DNA of 64,000 nt from a virus: the IMG/VR virus record IMGVR_UViG_3300014720_002669; one strand, written 5' to 3'. A model generated the notes under the pieces. That model was not told where the DNA came from and did no database searches. It saw only the letters and a program-made list of their open reading frames with translations. A program made the position numbers and the translations under genes. This document shows positions 29,719-39,353 of this stretch, piece after piece (positions within the stretch are counted from its first letter, which is position 1; each line of letters starts with the position of its first letter).

Positions 29719-30226
29719 TCCACTCGCAGTAGATTCTGTTGTTGCTGTCCTGTTGTAGGTCAGCAATCTCGAACCCAAACTGATCAGCATATTGATGCAA
29801 CAGTGCCGGAGTCCAAGCAAAGAAATCAATCTCTCTGCAATGGTCGTTGTCATGGTCCTGACGTCCAGGATTGCAACGCCAATAGATTCTGGCATGTGGT
29901 GTTAACAATTGAACCACATGGCCAATTTGCTTTAATATAGTCTCTTCTGATCCAAAGTTGATACTGCCCAGGCAAAAAGCCACATTGAACAGTATATTTG
30001 ATTCAAACTGTTCAATGGTGCATTTGTAGTCAGCTTGATCAAATGCAGGATCAATTCCAGTCAAATTGGCAATGCGTCCCCGAAACGGATTGGTGCCACA
30101 TCCTACATCTAATACACTTTCACTCAATTTTATCTTTTGCATCAAAGCCCATCCAGAATACTCGTATTGGTCTATGTTTGAATGCCAATGTGTGCTGAAA
30201 TATTTGTCTAGGGTGTGTTGATCCAT
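29711..30226 (-). CDS. Class I SAM-dependent methyltransferase-like protein
   Basis: VLDVGCG, GID, LGSINFG. Confidence 0.85.
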   Translation of the reverse strand: MDQHTLDKYFSTHWHSNIDQYEYSGWALMQKIKLSESVLDVGCGTNPFRGRIANLTGIDPAFDQADYKCTIEQFESNILFNVAFCLGSINFGSEETILKQIGHVVQLLTPHARIYWRCNPGRQDHDNDHCREIDFFAWTPALLHQYADQFGFEIADLQQDSNNRIYCEWIR

Positions 30227-30239
30227 ATAATTAATTATA
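30226..30239. promoter_or_regulatory. Palindromic bidirectional promoter
   Basis: TATAATTAATTATA palindrome; TAATTA at 30232-30237 lies 5 nt from an ATG on each strand. Confidence 0.65.
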
Positions 30240-30242
30240 CAC

Positions 30243-30818
30243 ATGCTTCCCAACAGAATATTTTTAACAGGCGTGCCAGGTTCACGCTGGTCAGGTATTG
30301 CACAAAATTTGGAATCTATTCCTGGCTTCAATACCACAGACCGCACACTAGCTCGCACATACAGCCATCACAACTACACCGGACACCAAGGTGCGTACTT
30401 TGGTCCAGGCATGGAGCTGGAGTGTCGGTTGAGTGCTGATTATATCGACTCAGCCTGGACTGAACCCGGTGGCACACGATTAGTGAAAAGTCATGACTGG
30501 GCATATATGTTGTCCAATGTCCAGCGTCATTTTCCCACGGATTGGATCATGCTGGTGTATCGCCCAGACATGGCCGCCTATGCTTGGTGGCACGAAGCAG
30601 GTGGATTCCAGATCCGGTATCCTTGCTATGATGCTTACCAAGACAGCACAGGTATGTTGGCAGCAATAACTCGACAGAATCAGTGTATCTTAGAATACGC
30701 ACACAGTAGAAATGCCACTTGGCATCACTTTACCCCTGACTGGGTTGAGTCAACATTTGGATATAGAGTTGAAATTAACAAGACTTTTCCAGATATTTTA
30801 GTAACGGTGTTTAAATGA
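30243..30818 (+). CDS. P-loop/sulfotransferase-like protein
   Basis: IFLTGVPGSRWS, VKSH, LVYRP. Confidence 0.6.
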   Translation: MLPNRIFLTGVPGSRWSGIAQNLESIPGFNTTDRTLARTYSHHNYTGHQGAYFGPGMELECRLSADYIDSAWTEPGGTRLVKSHDWAYMLSNVQRHFPTDWIMLVYRPDMAAYAWWHEAGGFQIRYPCYDAYQDSTGMLAAITRQNQCILEYAHSRNATWHHFTPDWVESTFGYRVEINKTFPDILVTVFK

Positions 30819-31045
30819 AGGATCACGTTTGGTATATCAAGTACGCCAGTGCCATTACAATCTTGTGTGCCATGGTGTTGCATGTTTTTGGTATAACCCC
30901 TTGGAACAGTTTTGTACAACTGATCGGAGCTGTAGGCTGGGTCTATGTGGGATACAAGTGGAATGAACGAGCCCTGATGTTGAACTTCGTGCCCCAGTTC
31001 TTTATCATTATTCCGGCACTGGTGTACATATATTTTTTAAAATGA
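30815..31045 (+). CDS. Small three-TM membrane protein
   Basis: Hydrophobic; GWVYVGYKWNERAL. Confidence 0.7.
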   Translation: MKDHVWYIKYASAITILCAMVLHVFGITPWNSFVQLIGAVGWVYVGYKWNERALMLNFVPQFFIIIPALVYIYFLK

Positions 31046-32007
31046 AACGACTACTATTACTCTTATTAATACTTCCCATTATAGCCTTAGCCTGGGAACC
31101 CACACGTCCTGTCACAGTTGTGATAGGCAATGCACCTGGTGCTGGCAATGAAATAGCATTTAGAAAACTCGCACAGATCATTAAAGGCACCAACAAAAAG
31201 ATCATGTTTGTTGTGGAGAATCGTGCAGGTGCCGACAGTGTGATTGCCATGAATCACCTGATGACTGTGGCGCCGGACGGACACACCATTGCTGCTTTCA
31301 ATCACATGAGCTTGTATGTCACACAAGATATCTGGCAGAAGAGCATCAAACGCTACGAATACAACAGTTTTGAAGATGTGCTCACAATAGGCAAGAGCCC
31401 CTTGGTGTTGGTGGCAGCAGCCACCAGTGCTGTGAACACACCTGATGAATTTGCCACACTGTTGCGCACCACAAATCATCCTGTGTTTGTGGCTGTGGGA
31501 TCAGGCGCACATCGTATCACGTTTGAATATTTGATGATGAAAACCACCGGCAATAGATCGCTGGTAAAACACGTACAATTCAACGGTCCGGCACAAGCTG
31601 TGCAAAGTGTAGCCAGCCCAGCAGGTGGTACAGAGTTTGGTATCATGCCCATTGCAGTAGCACTGCCCTTGATTGAAGCAGGACGAGTACGAGCCATCGG
31701 AATCACCGGAGATCGCAAAATAGCACTGATGCCAAATGTACCGCTATTACGACGAATTGCCCCAGGCATCAATGTGTTTGCGGCCTGGAACATTGTGCTG
31801 CCTCCACGAACAGATCGTGTGATAGTGGACTATTATGCAGATTTATTTGCTCGGGCTATAAATACAGCAGAATATCAAGAGTGGATGGATCAAAACTTGG
31901 TATTTGTGGACAGCCAGGAACTAGATCCAGATGGGTTGCGGCAACATGCTCAAGAACTGCGACGAACATTCCTACCCCTAGCAAACCAAATTAACCCCAA
32001 CGAATAA
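31042..32007 (+). CDS. Tripartite tricarboxylate transporter substrate-binding protein (TctC/Bug)
   Basis: Signal peptide, PTRPVTVVI..APGAG, VVENRAGA, PDGHT. Confidence 0.85.
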   Translation: MKRLLLLLLILPIIALAWEPTRPVTVVIGNAPGAGNEIAFRKLAQIIKGTNKKIMFVVENRAGADSVIAMNHLMTVAPDGHTIAAFNHMSLYVTQDIWQKSIKRYEYNSFEDVLTIGKSPLVLVAAATSAVNTPDEFATLLRTTNHPVFVAVGSGAHRITFEYLMMKTTGNRSLVKHVQFNGPAQAVQSVASPAGGTEFGIMPIAVALPLIEAGRVRAIGITGDRKIALMPNVPLLRRIAPGINVFAAWNIVLPPRTDRVIVDYYADLFARAINTAEYQEWMDQNLVFVDSQELDPDGLRQHAQELRRTFLPLANQINPNE

Positions 32008-32046
32008 TATAAATATTCGTGTATCGATAAACTCAAGGAGAATCCA

Positions 32047-32742
32047 ATGGATGCAAAACAATTTGTTAAAAAACTAGTCGGCGACAATCAAGCATTGTTC
32101 CAGGCCAGTCAACACAACGTCAAAGAATACTTTGACAGCCGACCGCCTCAAGCGGAACTGGTAGAGCACTTTGTGGGCCGCATGGTCAACGAGCGCATGA
32201 ACATGGTGGAAATCAGTCAAGCCATTGCTCAAATGCCTGCTGACACCCCAACAGAAGAACTTGAACTGTTGACTCGTCAAGCACAAGACGAAGCCCGTCA
32301 CTTCCGCATGGTCAAAGAAGTCATTGAGCACATGACTGGTCAGCCGCTAGACGTAGCCGCTGCCATCGCTGCCGAAGCTGCCAAACCCACTGCCAAAGGT
32401 GCTGGCTTGTTGGCCAAGTATGGCGCAGAAAATGATGCTGTTGCCTTGGCAGCGTATCAGTTGGTTGCCGAAGGTCGTGCAGAAGCAGTATGGAACCAAA
32501 TGGCTGACTGCATTGAAGACGAGTTCATTTCGACTTCATACGCCAAGATTGCTCGCGACGAAGGCTTCCACGCCAACATCGGCGGTTGGAAATTGGAAAA
32601 ATTGGCACAAGACGAAGCCACACAACAACGTGTTGAAGCCCTGGTAATCAAAATGCGTCGAGACTTGTATGACATTTCATGCCGGAACACTGTGGCTGCT
32701 GAAGCAGGCAAGCAACTAGTGGCAGACGCCTACGGTTGGTAA
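32047..32742 (+). CDS. Ferritin-like diiron protein
   Basis: E...DEARH and E...DEGFH ligand pairs; TATAAATA at 32008 and AAGGAG SD. Confidence 0.8.
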   Translation: MDAKQFVKKLVGDNQALFQASQHNVKEYFDSRPPQAELVEHFVGRMVNERMNMVEISQAIAQMPADTPTEELELLTRQAQDEARHFRMVKEVIEHMTGQPLDVAAAIAAEAAKPTAKGAGLLAKYGAENDAVALAAYQLVAEGRAEAVWNQMADCIEDEFISTSYAKIARDEGFHANIGGWKLEKLAQDEATQQRVEALVIKMRRDLYDISCRNTVAAEAGKQLVADAYGW

Positions 32743-33275
32743 TGCGAATAGGACTCACACAACGAGTCCTGTTGCACCGAGATCGAGCGTATGATTCCCT
32801 GGAGCACTCATGGTATGAGTATTTGCAGGGACATACGCTTGTTTCTATTCCAAACAGACTCCCACTATCATGCCCAGACTTAGACGCCTTGATCGTCACA
32901 GGCGGAGACGATCATCCCATACGTAATCAAGTTGAGCACAAATTAATTGATATTATGTCAGCTCGCAATGTTCCAGTGATAGGCATTTGCCACGGATGTC
33001 AGTTACTGACACAACGACTAGGTGGTTATGTGACACCAGTGGATGATCACCAGGACTGTTATCACGAAGTTTTTTATCATGGTGAACCACACTTGGTCAA
33101 CAGTTATCATCGACTGCGCATAGAAACAGTACCCCCAGGGGCCACTGTGTTGGCCCGTGATCCAGATGGGTATGCGGAAGCATGGATATCAGGGCGCACA
33201 GCCGGCATCATGTGGCATCCTGAGCGCATGACACAACCTTGGATTCCCCAAGAAATACAACACCTATTATCTTGA
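32742..33275 (+). CDS. Class I glutamine amidotransferase-like gamma-glutamyl hydrolase (peptidase C26)
   Basis: TGGDD, GICHG, VNSYH, WHPE. Confidence 0.88.
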   Translation: MRIGLTQRVLLHRDRAYDSLEHSWYEYLQGHTLVSIPNRLPLSCPDLDALIVTGGDDHPIRNQVEHKLIDIMSARNVPVIGICHGCQLLTQRLGGYVTPVDDHQDCYHEVFYHGEPHLVNSYHRLRIETVPPGATVLARDPDGYAEAWISGRTAGIMWHPERMTQPWIPQEIQHLLS

Positions 33276-34270
33276 ATCAATTAATTTATTATCCCACTGG
33301 CAGTTACGGCACATTTGTACAATGGCTGTGTAACACAGTCAACATCTCTGGCGCAGAAGATCTACCATTTTATACTGATGGCAACAGCCACCGATATGTG
33401 CTGACTGACCAGTATCGATTGTTGATTTCAGAACAAGACGATCAAGAATTTATTTTCGCACCCAATCCCAATGTGGTTTCATGCATTTGGCCAGTGGAAC
33501 ACAATGGCCGAATGTTCAATGCCAACAACGAGTGTGATTTTTATTTCAAATTGAGTTGTGATCATTTGGCATATTTTGATCAAGCCAATGTAAAAATTTT
33601 AGTGATACACCCAACTGAAAACAGCAAAATATGGTGGTGGCACAACAACTGTAAAAAAGTGTTTTATACACCAGATATGTTTGATAAAAAAATTAAAAAT
33701 CGATACGCAGATCTGCCTTGGTTGACCACAACTGATCCTGTACAACGTGCTGGTGTGCAAATGAACTACTATCAAGATCGAGCTTGGTACAAAACACTGG
33801 CACAGAATTTTCAATGCGCAGACGCTGGTCAACTTACACAGGGACAGTTACGCACTGTGATGGCACATTCAATTGCCAATGAATCTTTTGACTATCTCAG
33901 TCATTGGCAGCAATTGCCAGCACAGTTTGCCAACATAAAATTTGTATCCTTGGATCAACTGCGTGACCACACAAAACATACCATACAAAGCATACTCGAA
34001 TATTTCAATGTAGAATCCAATTTGCCCTTGGATTTTGTACTAGATCACTGGACACCGTTGCAGACAACTCGCAACAGAGATGCAGAACACAGCAAAATCG
34101 TAAACTGCATAGTTAATGATCAACCGTGTGACTGGAGTGATTTGCATTTTGATTTGTTTGATGAAGTTTACTTGTGCTACGCATTGACATTTCAACACAA
34201 TATTACGTTAAACGCAGACAGCATAGATTGTTTGCCAACCAACACACATGACCTATTGCTACTTTGCTAA
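33272..34270 (+). CDS. Hypothetical protein, possibly sulfotransferase-like
   Basis: YYPTGSYGTFVQWL N-terminus; AT-rich. Confidence 0.55.
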   Translation: MNQLIYYPTGSYGTFVQWLCNTVNISGAEDLPFYTDGNSHRYVLTDQYRLLISEQDDQEFIFAPNPNVVSCIWPVEHNGRMFNANNECDFYFKLSCDHLAYFDQANVKILVIHPTENSKIWWWHNNCKKVFYTPDMFDKKIKNRYADLPWLTTTDPVQRAGVQMNYYQDRAWYKTLAQNFQCADAGQLTQGQLRTVMAHSIANESFDYLSHWQQLPAQFANIKFVSLDQLRDHTKHTIQSILEYFNVESNLPLDFVLDHWTPLQTTRNRDAEHSKIVNCIVNDQPCDWSDLHFDLFDEVYLCYALTFQHNITLNADSIDCLPTNTHDLLLLC

Positions 34271-34278
34271 ATATCAAT

Positions 34279-34737
34279 ATGTGGCTTTTACACTTCTTAC
34301 CTGACGCACTCATACTCTGGATCTGCAACATTGTATTGCTGGCAGGCGTGTTGCTGACTGTCACAGCATTTTTCATCAAGCGCATTCCTGTGATAAACCA
34401 GTACCGGACGCCTGCACAAGTCCTGGGCATCGCACTGCTGGTCATGGGCGTGTACTGGCGTGGCGGTTATGCTGTGGAACAGGAATGGCGTGAACGTGTG
34501 GCTGAAATGGAAGCCCGTGTAGCGGCTGCTGAAGCCAAAAGCGCAGAAGAAAATGTCAAAATTGTCACCAAGGTTGTGACAAAAACACAGGTAATTCGAA
34601 CACGTGGCGAAACTATAACCAAGTACATTGACCGTGAAATAATCCGGTACGATGAAAAGTTTGCGCCTGGTGGTCAATGTGAAATACCACAGGAATTTAT
34701 TAAGGCGCACAACAGCGCAGCAGAGGCACCCAAATGA
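34279..34737 (+). CDS. Inner-membrane spanin (Rz-like)
   Basis: N-terminal TMs, coiled coil, C-terminal CEIP...HN.AA; in the lysis region. Confidence 0.7.
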   Translation: MWLLHFLPDALILWICNIVLLAGVLLTVTAFFIKRIPVINQYRTPAQVLGIALLVMGVYWRGGYAVEQEWRERVAEMEARVAAAEAKSAEENVKIVTKVVTKTQVIRTRGETITKYIDREIIRYDEKFAPGGQCEIPQEFIKAHNSAAEAPK

Positions 34738-35837
34738 AAGTAAATGAAATTATATTAGAATCAGTGACTCATATGAGACCAGTCAATGAACTGGCACCCA
34801 GTCCAGGTGGTGCCGGTCCCAGCGACTATTTTCGTGTGTTAGCATCGGCCTGGTACAATCATGACATCAGTCAACTGGCTGACATTGCCAGAAAAGGTGG
34901 ATCACCCATGAAGAAAATCATGGACGCACAAGTGGCCGTGGAAAAAATGCTGCAACGTGGTGTGATTGGCAGCGACGGCAAAACACGCAAGTATGATATC
35001 TCATACAACTCGGACTTTGATGGTGTAGTGATTTCGAGTGCCGACTACTACGAGCACAGTGACTATGACGCTGCCGGCAATGAAGTTGACAGTCGCTCAG
35101 GACGTCCCTGGGGACCAAATGATTACATGGAGTTTGATGGCGACGAACTGGACGAAGGCATGTATGAAAACACAGAACTTGTGGCGGAATTTGATCTCAT
35201 TGAGAGTATCATAAACCGGCTGGCTGCTCACAACGGTGTCGAGGCTGAAGTGATCTGGGAGGATCTTGAAAGCCTCACCGAAGATGAACTGTATGCATTT
35301 GCTGTGACTTCAGAACCCATCATGGAAGGCAAAGGCGTGACAGAAGCATTTGGTTTATACGGTCCATTTACTGTGACCATCAACACCGGTGAGCGTCCGC
35401 AATCAAGAACCAAAACCAAAAAGTTCCGTAGGGAAGATGATGCCATACTGTATGCTGAAGATTGGTTGGAAGATGCTCCACAATATGTGTTCGCAACAGC
35501 CAAAGTCACTGACCCAGAAGGCAACGTTGTTTGGACCACGAATGAAAGTTTAGAAGAACAAGGTGTGGCGGAAGACTGGCAAAAGGCCAACAAACGTGAC
35601 CGTACCGCAGGCATGAGTCAAAAGGCTGTGAATGCCTATCGCAGAGAGAATCCTGGTTCAAAATTGAAAACTGCTGTGACCACCAAGCCTTCAAAACTCA
35701 AGCGTGGGTCAAAGGCCAGCAAACGCCGAAAGAGTTATTGCAGTCGCAGTCGCGGACAGATGAAAATGCACAGCATCAGTTGCGCCAAAACTCCTGACAA
35801 GGCCATTTGCAAAGCACGTAGACGTTGGAACTGCTGA
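34734..35837 (+). CDS. Modular putative internal head polyprotein with basic Cys-containing C-terminal domain
   Basis: MKVNEIILE leader; KGVTE and QGVAE linkers; KRRKSYCSR...ARRRWNC. Confidence 0.7.
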   Translation: MKVNEIILESVTHMRPVNELAPSPGGAGPSDYFRVLASAWYNHDISQLADIARKGGSPMKKIMDAQVAVEKMLQRGVIGSDGKTRKYDISYNSDFDGVVISSADYYEHSDYDAAGNEVDSRSGRPWGPNDYMEFDGDELDEGMYENTELVAEFDLIESIINRLAAHNGVEAEVIWEDLESLTEDELYAFAVTSEPIMEGKGVTEAFGLYGPFTVTINTGERPQSRTKTKKFRREDDAILYAEDWLEDAPQYVFATAKVTDPEGNVVWTTNESLEEQGVAEDWQKANKRDRTAGMSQKAVNAYRRENPGSKLKTAVTTKPSKLKRGSKASKRRKSYCSRSRGQMKMHSISCAKTPDKAICKARRRWNC

Positions 35838-36145
35838 TGAATTCGCAACACGACCGTCAACCCTTGGCCACCATGTTGTTTGTGGTGTGTATGATTTTGT
35901 TGGTATTCAGTTGTGTGGGCTGTTCAACTGTGGTGCCTGTCACACAACGGTTTCCTGACGCACCAGGCAACGTGGCCATGACAGCCTGTCCACAACTGCA
36001 AAAAGTTGCAGAAGATGCCCGGTTAAGTGACATCTCACGCACTGTGACAGTGAACTACGGCACCTACTATGAGTGTGCTGTGAAAACCGATGCTTGGATT
36101 GAATGGTATCAAAAACAACGACAAATATTTGAGTCAGTAAAATAA
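35837..36145 (+). CDS. Outer-membrane spanin lipoprotein (Rz1-like)
   Basis: Lipobox CVGC; FPDAP...CPQL...YYECA...WIEWY. Confidence 0.7.
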   Translation: MNSQHDRQPLATMLFVVCMILLVFSCVGCSTVVPVTQRFPDAPGNVAMTACPQLQKVAEDARLSDISRTVTVNYGTYYECAVKTDAWIEWYQKQRQIFESVK

Positions 36146-36158
36146 CAAAGGAGCCTGA

Positions 36159-36776
36159 ATGGAACTTACACTACAACAATTAAAACAAATGGTGCCGGGC
36201 ATACCCCATGCTGAAAACTGGCTGGAAGCCTTGGATCAGTTACTGCCAGACTACGAAATCAACACACCTCGTCGTGTCGCTGCTTTCATAGCACAGTGCG
36301 CACACGAGTCCGGTGGGTTCCGTTTCATCAAAGAAAACTTGAACTACAAAGCAGAGAGTTTGAGAAAAGTATTTCCCAAGTATTTTCCCACAGACGAACT
36401 GGCTCGAGCCTATGCCAAGAAGCCTGAAATGATTGCCAACCGAGTGTATGCGTCACGCATGGGCAATGGTGACGAACACTCAGGTGATGGCTATCGTTAT
36501 TGCGGACGTGGCTTGATACAACTCACCGGCAAAAGCAACTATGAAAACTTTGCTGCCAGCCTGGAAATCTCACCCGAAGAAGCAGCCGAATACCTGGGCA
36601 CATTTGAAGGTGCTGCACAATCAGCCTGCTGGTTCTGGGAAAGCAACAACTTGAATGTGGAAGCCGACGCTGGAGACATCAAGAAAATGACCCGGAAAAT
36701 AAATGGCGGATACATTGGATTAGCCGATAGGGAGTCTCATTATCATCATGCCCTAGAAATATTAGGAATACGATGA
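36159..36776 (+). CDS. Endolysin, glycoside hydrolase family 19
   Basis: FIAQCAHESG, GRGLIQLTG, SACWFW, INGG..G..DR. Confidence 0.93.
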   Translation: MELTLQQLKQMVPGIPHAENWLEALDQLLPDYEINTPRRVAAFIAQCAHESGGFRFIKENLNYKAESLRKVFPKYFPTDELARAYAKKPEMIANRVYASRMGNGDEHSGDGYRYCGRGLIQLTGKSNYENFAASLEISPEEAAEYLGTFEGAAQSACWFWESNNLNVEADAGDIKKMTRKINGGYIGLADRESHYHHALEILGIR

Positions 36777-37378
36777 ACTATTTGGAATGTTATAATAATC
36801 TTGTAGAATCAAGACAACAACTACACCGTTCAAAAGGTCAAGGTGTTTATTTTGAAAAACATCATATTGTCCCACGTTGGCTTGGTGGCAAGGATACAAA
36901 AGATAATTTAGTGCTGTTTACAGCAAAAGAACATTATATTGCACATCTTTTATTATGGAAACATTACAGAGATAGACCGAGTGCTTTAGCATTTCATAAG
37001 ATGACTAGAAGCAATAATAAAAACCAACAAAGAAAGTTTACTTCGTTACAATTTAGAAAAGCCAGAGAGGCATTTGTTCAAACGCAACTTGGAGAACTAA
37101 ATTGGTCTAGTAAAAATTTATCACCTTTAAAAGGTAAACCTAGTATAAACAAAGGTAAAAAATTAGGCAAACGAGATTGGATGACTGGCGATAATAATCC
37201 TAGTCGCCGACAATCAGTAAGGGAAACAATTAGTGCAGCGTTAAAAGGACGTAAACGGTCTGATGAACATAACAAAAATTTACAAGCAGCACTCACGCCT
37301 GAAATTAAAAAATTAAGGTCTCAAAAAATTTGGGAGACACGAAGACGAAATCAATTATTAAAATTACAAGGAGCATAA
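36773..37378 (+). mobile_element. HNH homing endonuclease
   Basis: EKHHIVPRWLGGKD..DNLV.....EHYIAHLLL; basic NUMOD-like tail; AT-rich. Confidence 0.88.
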
Positions 37379-37379
37379 C

Positions 37380-37916
37380 ATGGCCGAAGAAACAAAACCC
37401 CTTTCACGTTCAGAACGTGAAGCAGCAATCAAAGACAAAGCCGGCTTGGTGATTGTGATCATGGCCCTGTTCATGGCTGTGACCACATACTTCTCCAGCA
37501 GTTATTCTGGTGCTGTGCTCAAAAACATGCTCAAGGCCACAGACACCTATGCGTTCTATCAAAGCAAAAGCATCAAGCAAAGCATCTCTGAAGGTCAACT
37601 GGAAGAAACCCGTGACCCACAGCGCAGAGCAGAACTTGAAGCCAAGATTGCACGTTATGAATCAGACCCAGTGAAGGCGGAAGGCAAGCGCGAACTGTTG
37701 CAAAAAGCACAGGCCTACGAAGCCGCACGTGATGAGGCCAGCCGGCACACACCATGGTTGACCTTTGCATCATTGTCATTTCAATTGGCCATTGTGTTGT
37801 TGAGTGCCAGCATTTTGAGTGTGAACAACACCATGTATCGTATCAGCGAAGTGGTGGCTGTGATTGGCACAGTGTTGTTGAGCCAGGGTATCTGGCTGTG
37901 GATACCATTTGTCTAA
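37380..37916 (+). CDS. Membrane protein (DUF4337-like)
   Basis: TM - YAFYQSKSIK - coiled coil - two TMs. Confidence 0.7.
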   Translation: MAEETKPLSRSEREAAIKDKAGLVIVIMALFMAVTTYFSSSYSGAVLKNMLKATDTYAFYQSKSIKQSISEGQLEETRDPQRRAELEAKIARYESDPVKAEGKRELLQKAQAYEAARDEASRHTPWLTFASLSFQLAIVLLSASILSVNNTMYRISEVVAVIGTVLLSQGIWLWIPFV

Positions 37917-37990
37917 CACCCACTAAAACTCAAGTGTAGCTCCGTTAAATACTCCGAGCCCCCAGCGTAGGGGCATGAGTGATAACAACA

Positions 37991-38809
37991 ATGGATCCGC
38001 TAACACTATTTGCATTAGCCAACGGTGCAGTTCAGGCTGTGAAAAAAGGATGTCAACTGTACAAAGACATCAAAGGTGCCGCGGGCGATGTAAAAGGCGT
38101 ACTTCGAGATCTTGACAATCAGTTTCACAAAAAATACGATGGTAAACCCGTTCCTGATGGTGCAGTCAAACAACTCAACGAAGAAAAAGCTCGGGTCCGA
38201 GACCTAAACAAACGCAGTGAAGAAAGCACCAATATCTACACAGAGATTGGTGATAATCTAGGACAGTATTACGACAACTACTTCAAATGTCTGGCAGTGC
38301 TGGAAGATGAAGAAAAACGTAGCAAAACTGAAGTTTACACTGGCGGTGACAGCCTGGCCAAACGCGCCTTAAAACGTGTGCTGATGAAAAAGCAACTGGA
38401 ACAAATGGGCACAGAACTGAGAGAACTCATGATCTATCAAAGCCCACCTGAACTAGGCGCCTTGTTCACTGAAGTGGAAAGCATGACCAAGGAACTGGGC
38501 AAAGAGCAAAAAGTGCTGATGGCTCAAGAATTGGCCAAGGCACGCCGCCGGCGCCAACGCATGCAGAGATATCAGTTTGAAATTGCCTTGGGCGTGGCAG
38601 CTCTCATTGCTATAATCATCATGGCAGGATTCTTCATGTGGGTGGCACATGATGCACAACGGCGTTGGGGCAATCCCACTGAATTCAGAGACACCTTGGC
38701 CGCAGTGCAAAAACAAGAGTGGTTTGAACGTCAACAACGATTGCAGGAATACCAAGAGTTCCTAGAAGACAAGCGGCGACGGGCTGAGCAAAATGAATCC
38801 AGTAACTAA
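37991..38809 (+). CDS. Hypothetical membrane-anchored coiled-coil protein
   Basis: MDPLTLFALA; single TM near the C-terminus. Confidence 0.75.
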   Translation: MDPLTLFALANGAVQAVKKGCQLYKDIKGAAGDVKGVLRDLDNQFHKKYDGKPVPDGAVKQLNEEKARVRDLNKRSEESTNIYTEIGDNLGQYYDNYFKCLAVLEDEEKRSKTEVYTGGDSLAKRALKRVLMKKQLEQMGTELRELMIYQSPPELGALFTEVESMTKELGKEQKVLMAQELAKARRRRQRMQRYQFEIALGVAALIAIIIMAGFFMWVAHDAQRRWGNPTEFRDTLAAVQKQEWFERQQRLQEYQEFLEDKRRRAEQNESSN

Positions 38810-39128
38810 AACCCTGTTGTTGATCTTGGGCACAATTCTTGCTGTGTTTGCCGTACCTGCCGTGCTGATCATATTTCATGCATACTTGAATGCGTTTTTT
38901 GCTGTTGTGCTGGTGCTGAGTTGCTTTGTGCTGTTTGCCTATTACACATACCAAGAGTTCTTGCCAGAGTTTCAGCAGGCACAATTGGAAGAAGAGCAAG
39001 TCATGGCTCGCTTTGCAGGAGACCCTGAAAAGATACGTTTTTACCGGGGGTTTAAGAAACACTTTGATGGAGATTTGAATCTAAAACAACTAGAGCAGTG
39101 GTTGATCGACCATCCTGTAAAACATTAA
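38793..39128 (+). CDS. Membrane protein
   Basis: Two TMs. Confidence 0.65.
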   Translation: MNPVTKTLLLILGTILAVFAVPAVLIIFHAYLNAFFAVVLVLSCFVLFAYYTYQEFLPEFQQAQLEEEQVMARFAGDPEKIRFYRGFKKHFDGDLNLKQLEQWLIDHPVKH

Positions 39129-39268
39129 CGACGAGTGATAAACCACACAGCACTCAACACTATGGCACCTGCAACTAAAAATATGCTGAACACTGACACA
39201 AGAAATCGCCAAGGACTTTTTATCTTGACAAGATATTCATACAGTTGATCGGATGCAGACTTGGCCAT
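39125..39268 (-). CDS. 47-aa single-TM protein (not in the ORF track)
   Basis: MAKSASDQLYEYLVKIKSPWRFLVSVFSIFLVAGAIVLSAVWFITRR; ATG 5 nt after TAAATA. Confidence 0.65.
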   Translation of the reverse strand: MAKSASDQLYEYLVKIKSPWRFLVSVFSIFLVAGAIVLSAVWFITRR

Positions 39269-39353
39269 GTTAGTATTTAAATGCCGGGTGTCTAAATATT
39301 ACACAGCAGTTATCTCTGCTCAAAAACCATAAATATTGTCAAAGGAGCCTGAC

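Noticed and set aside
37951-37980. Hairpin after TAAATA as a terminator or ncRNA
   Set aside because: It is a short GCCCC/GGGGC stem without a U-tract, at most a 5' leader hairpin.
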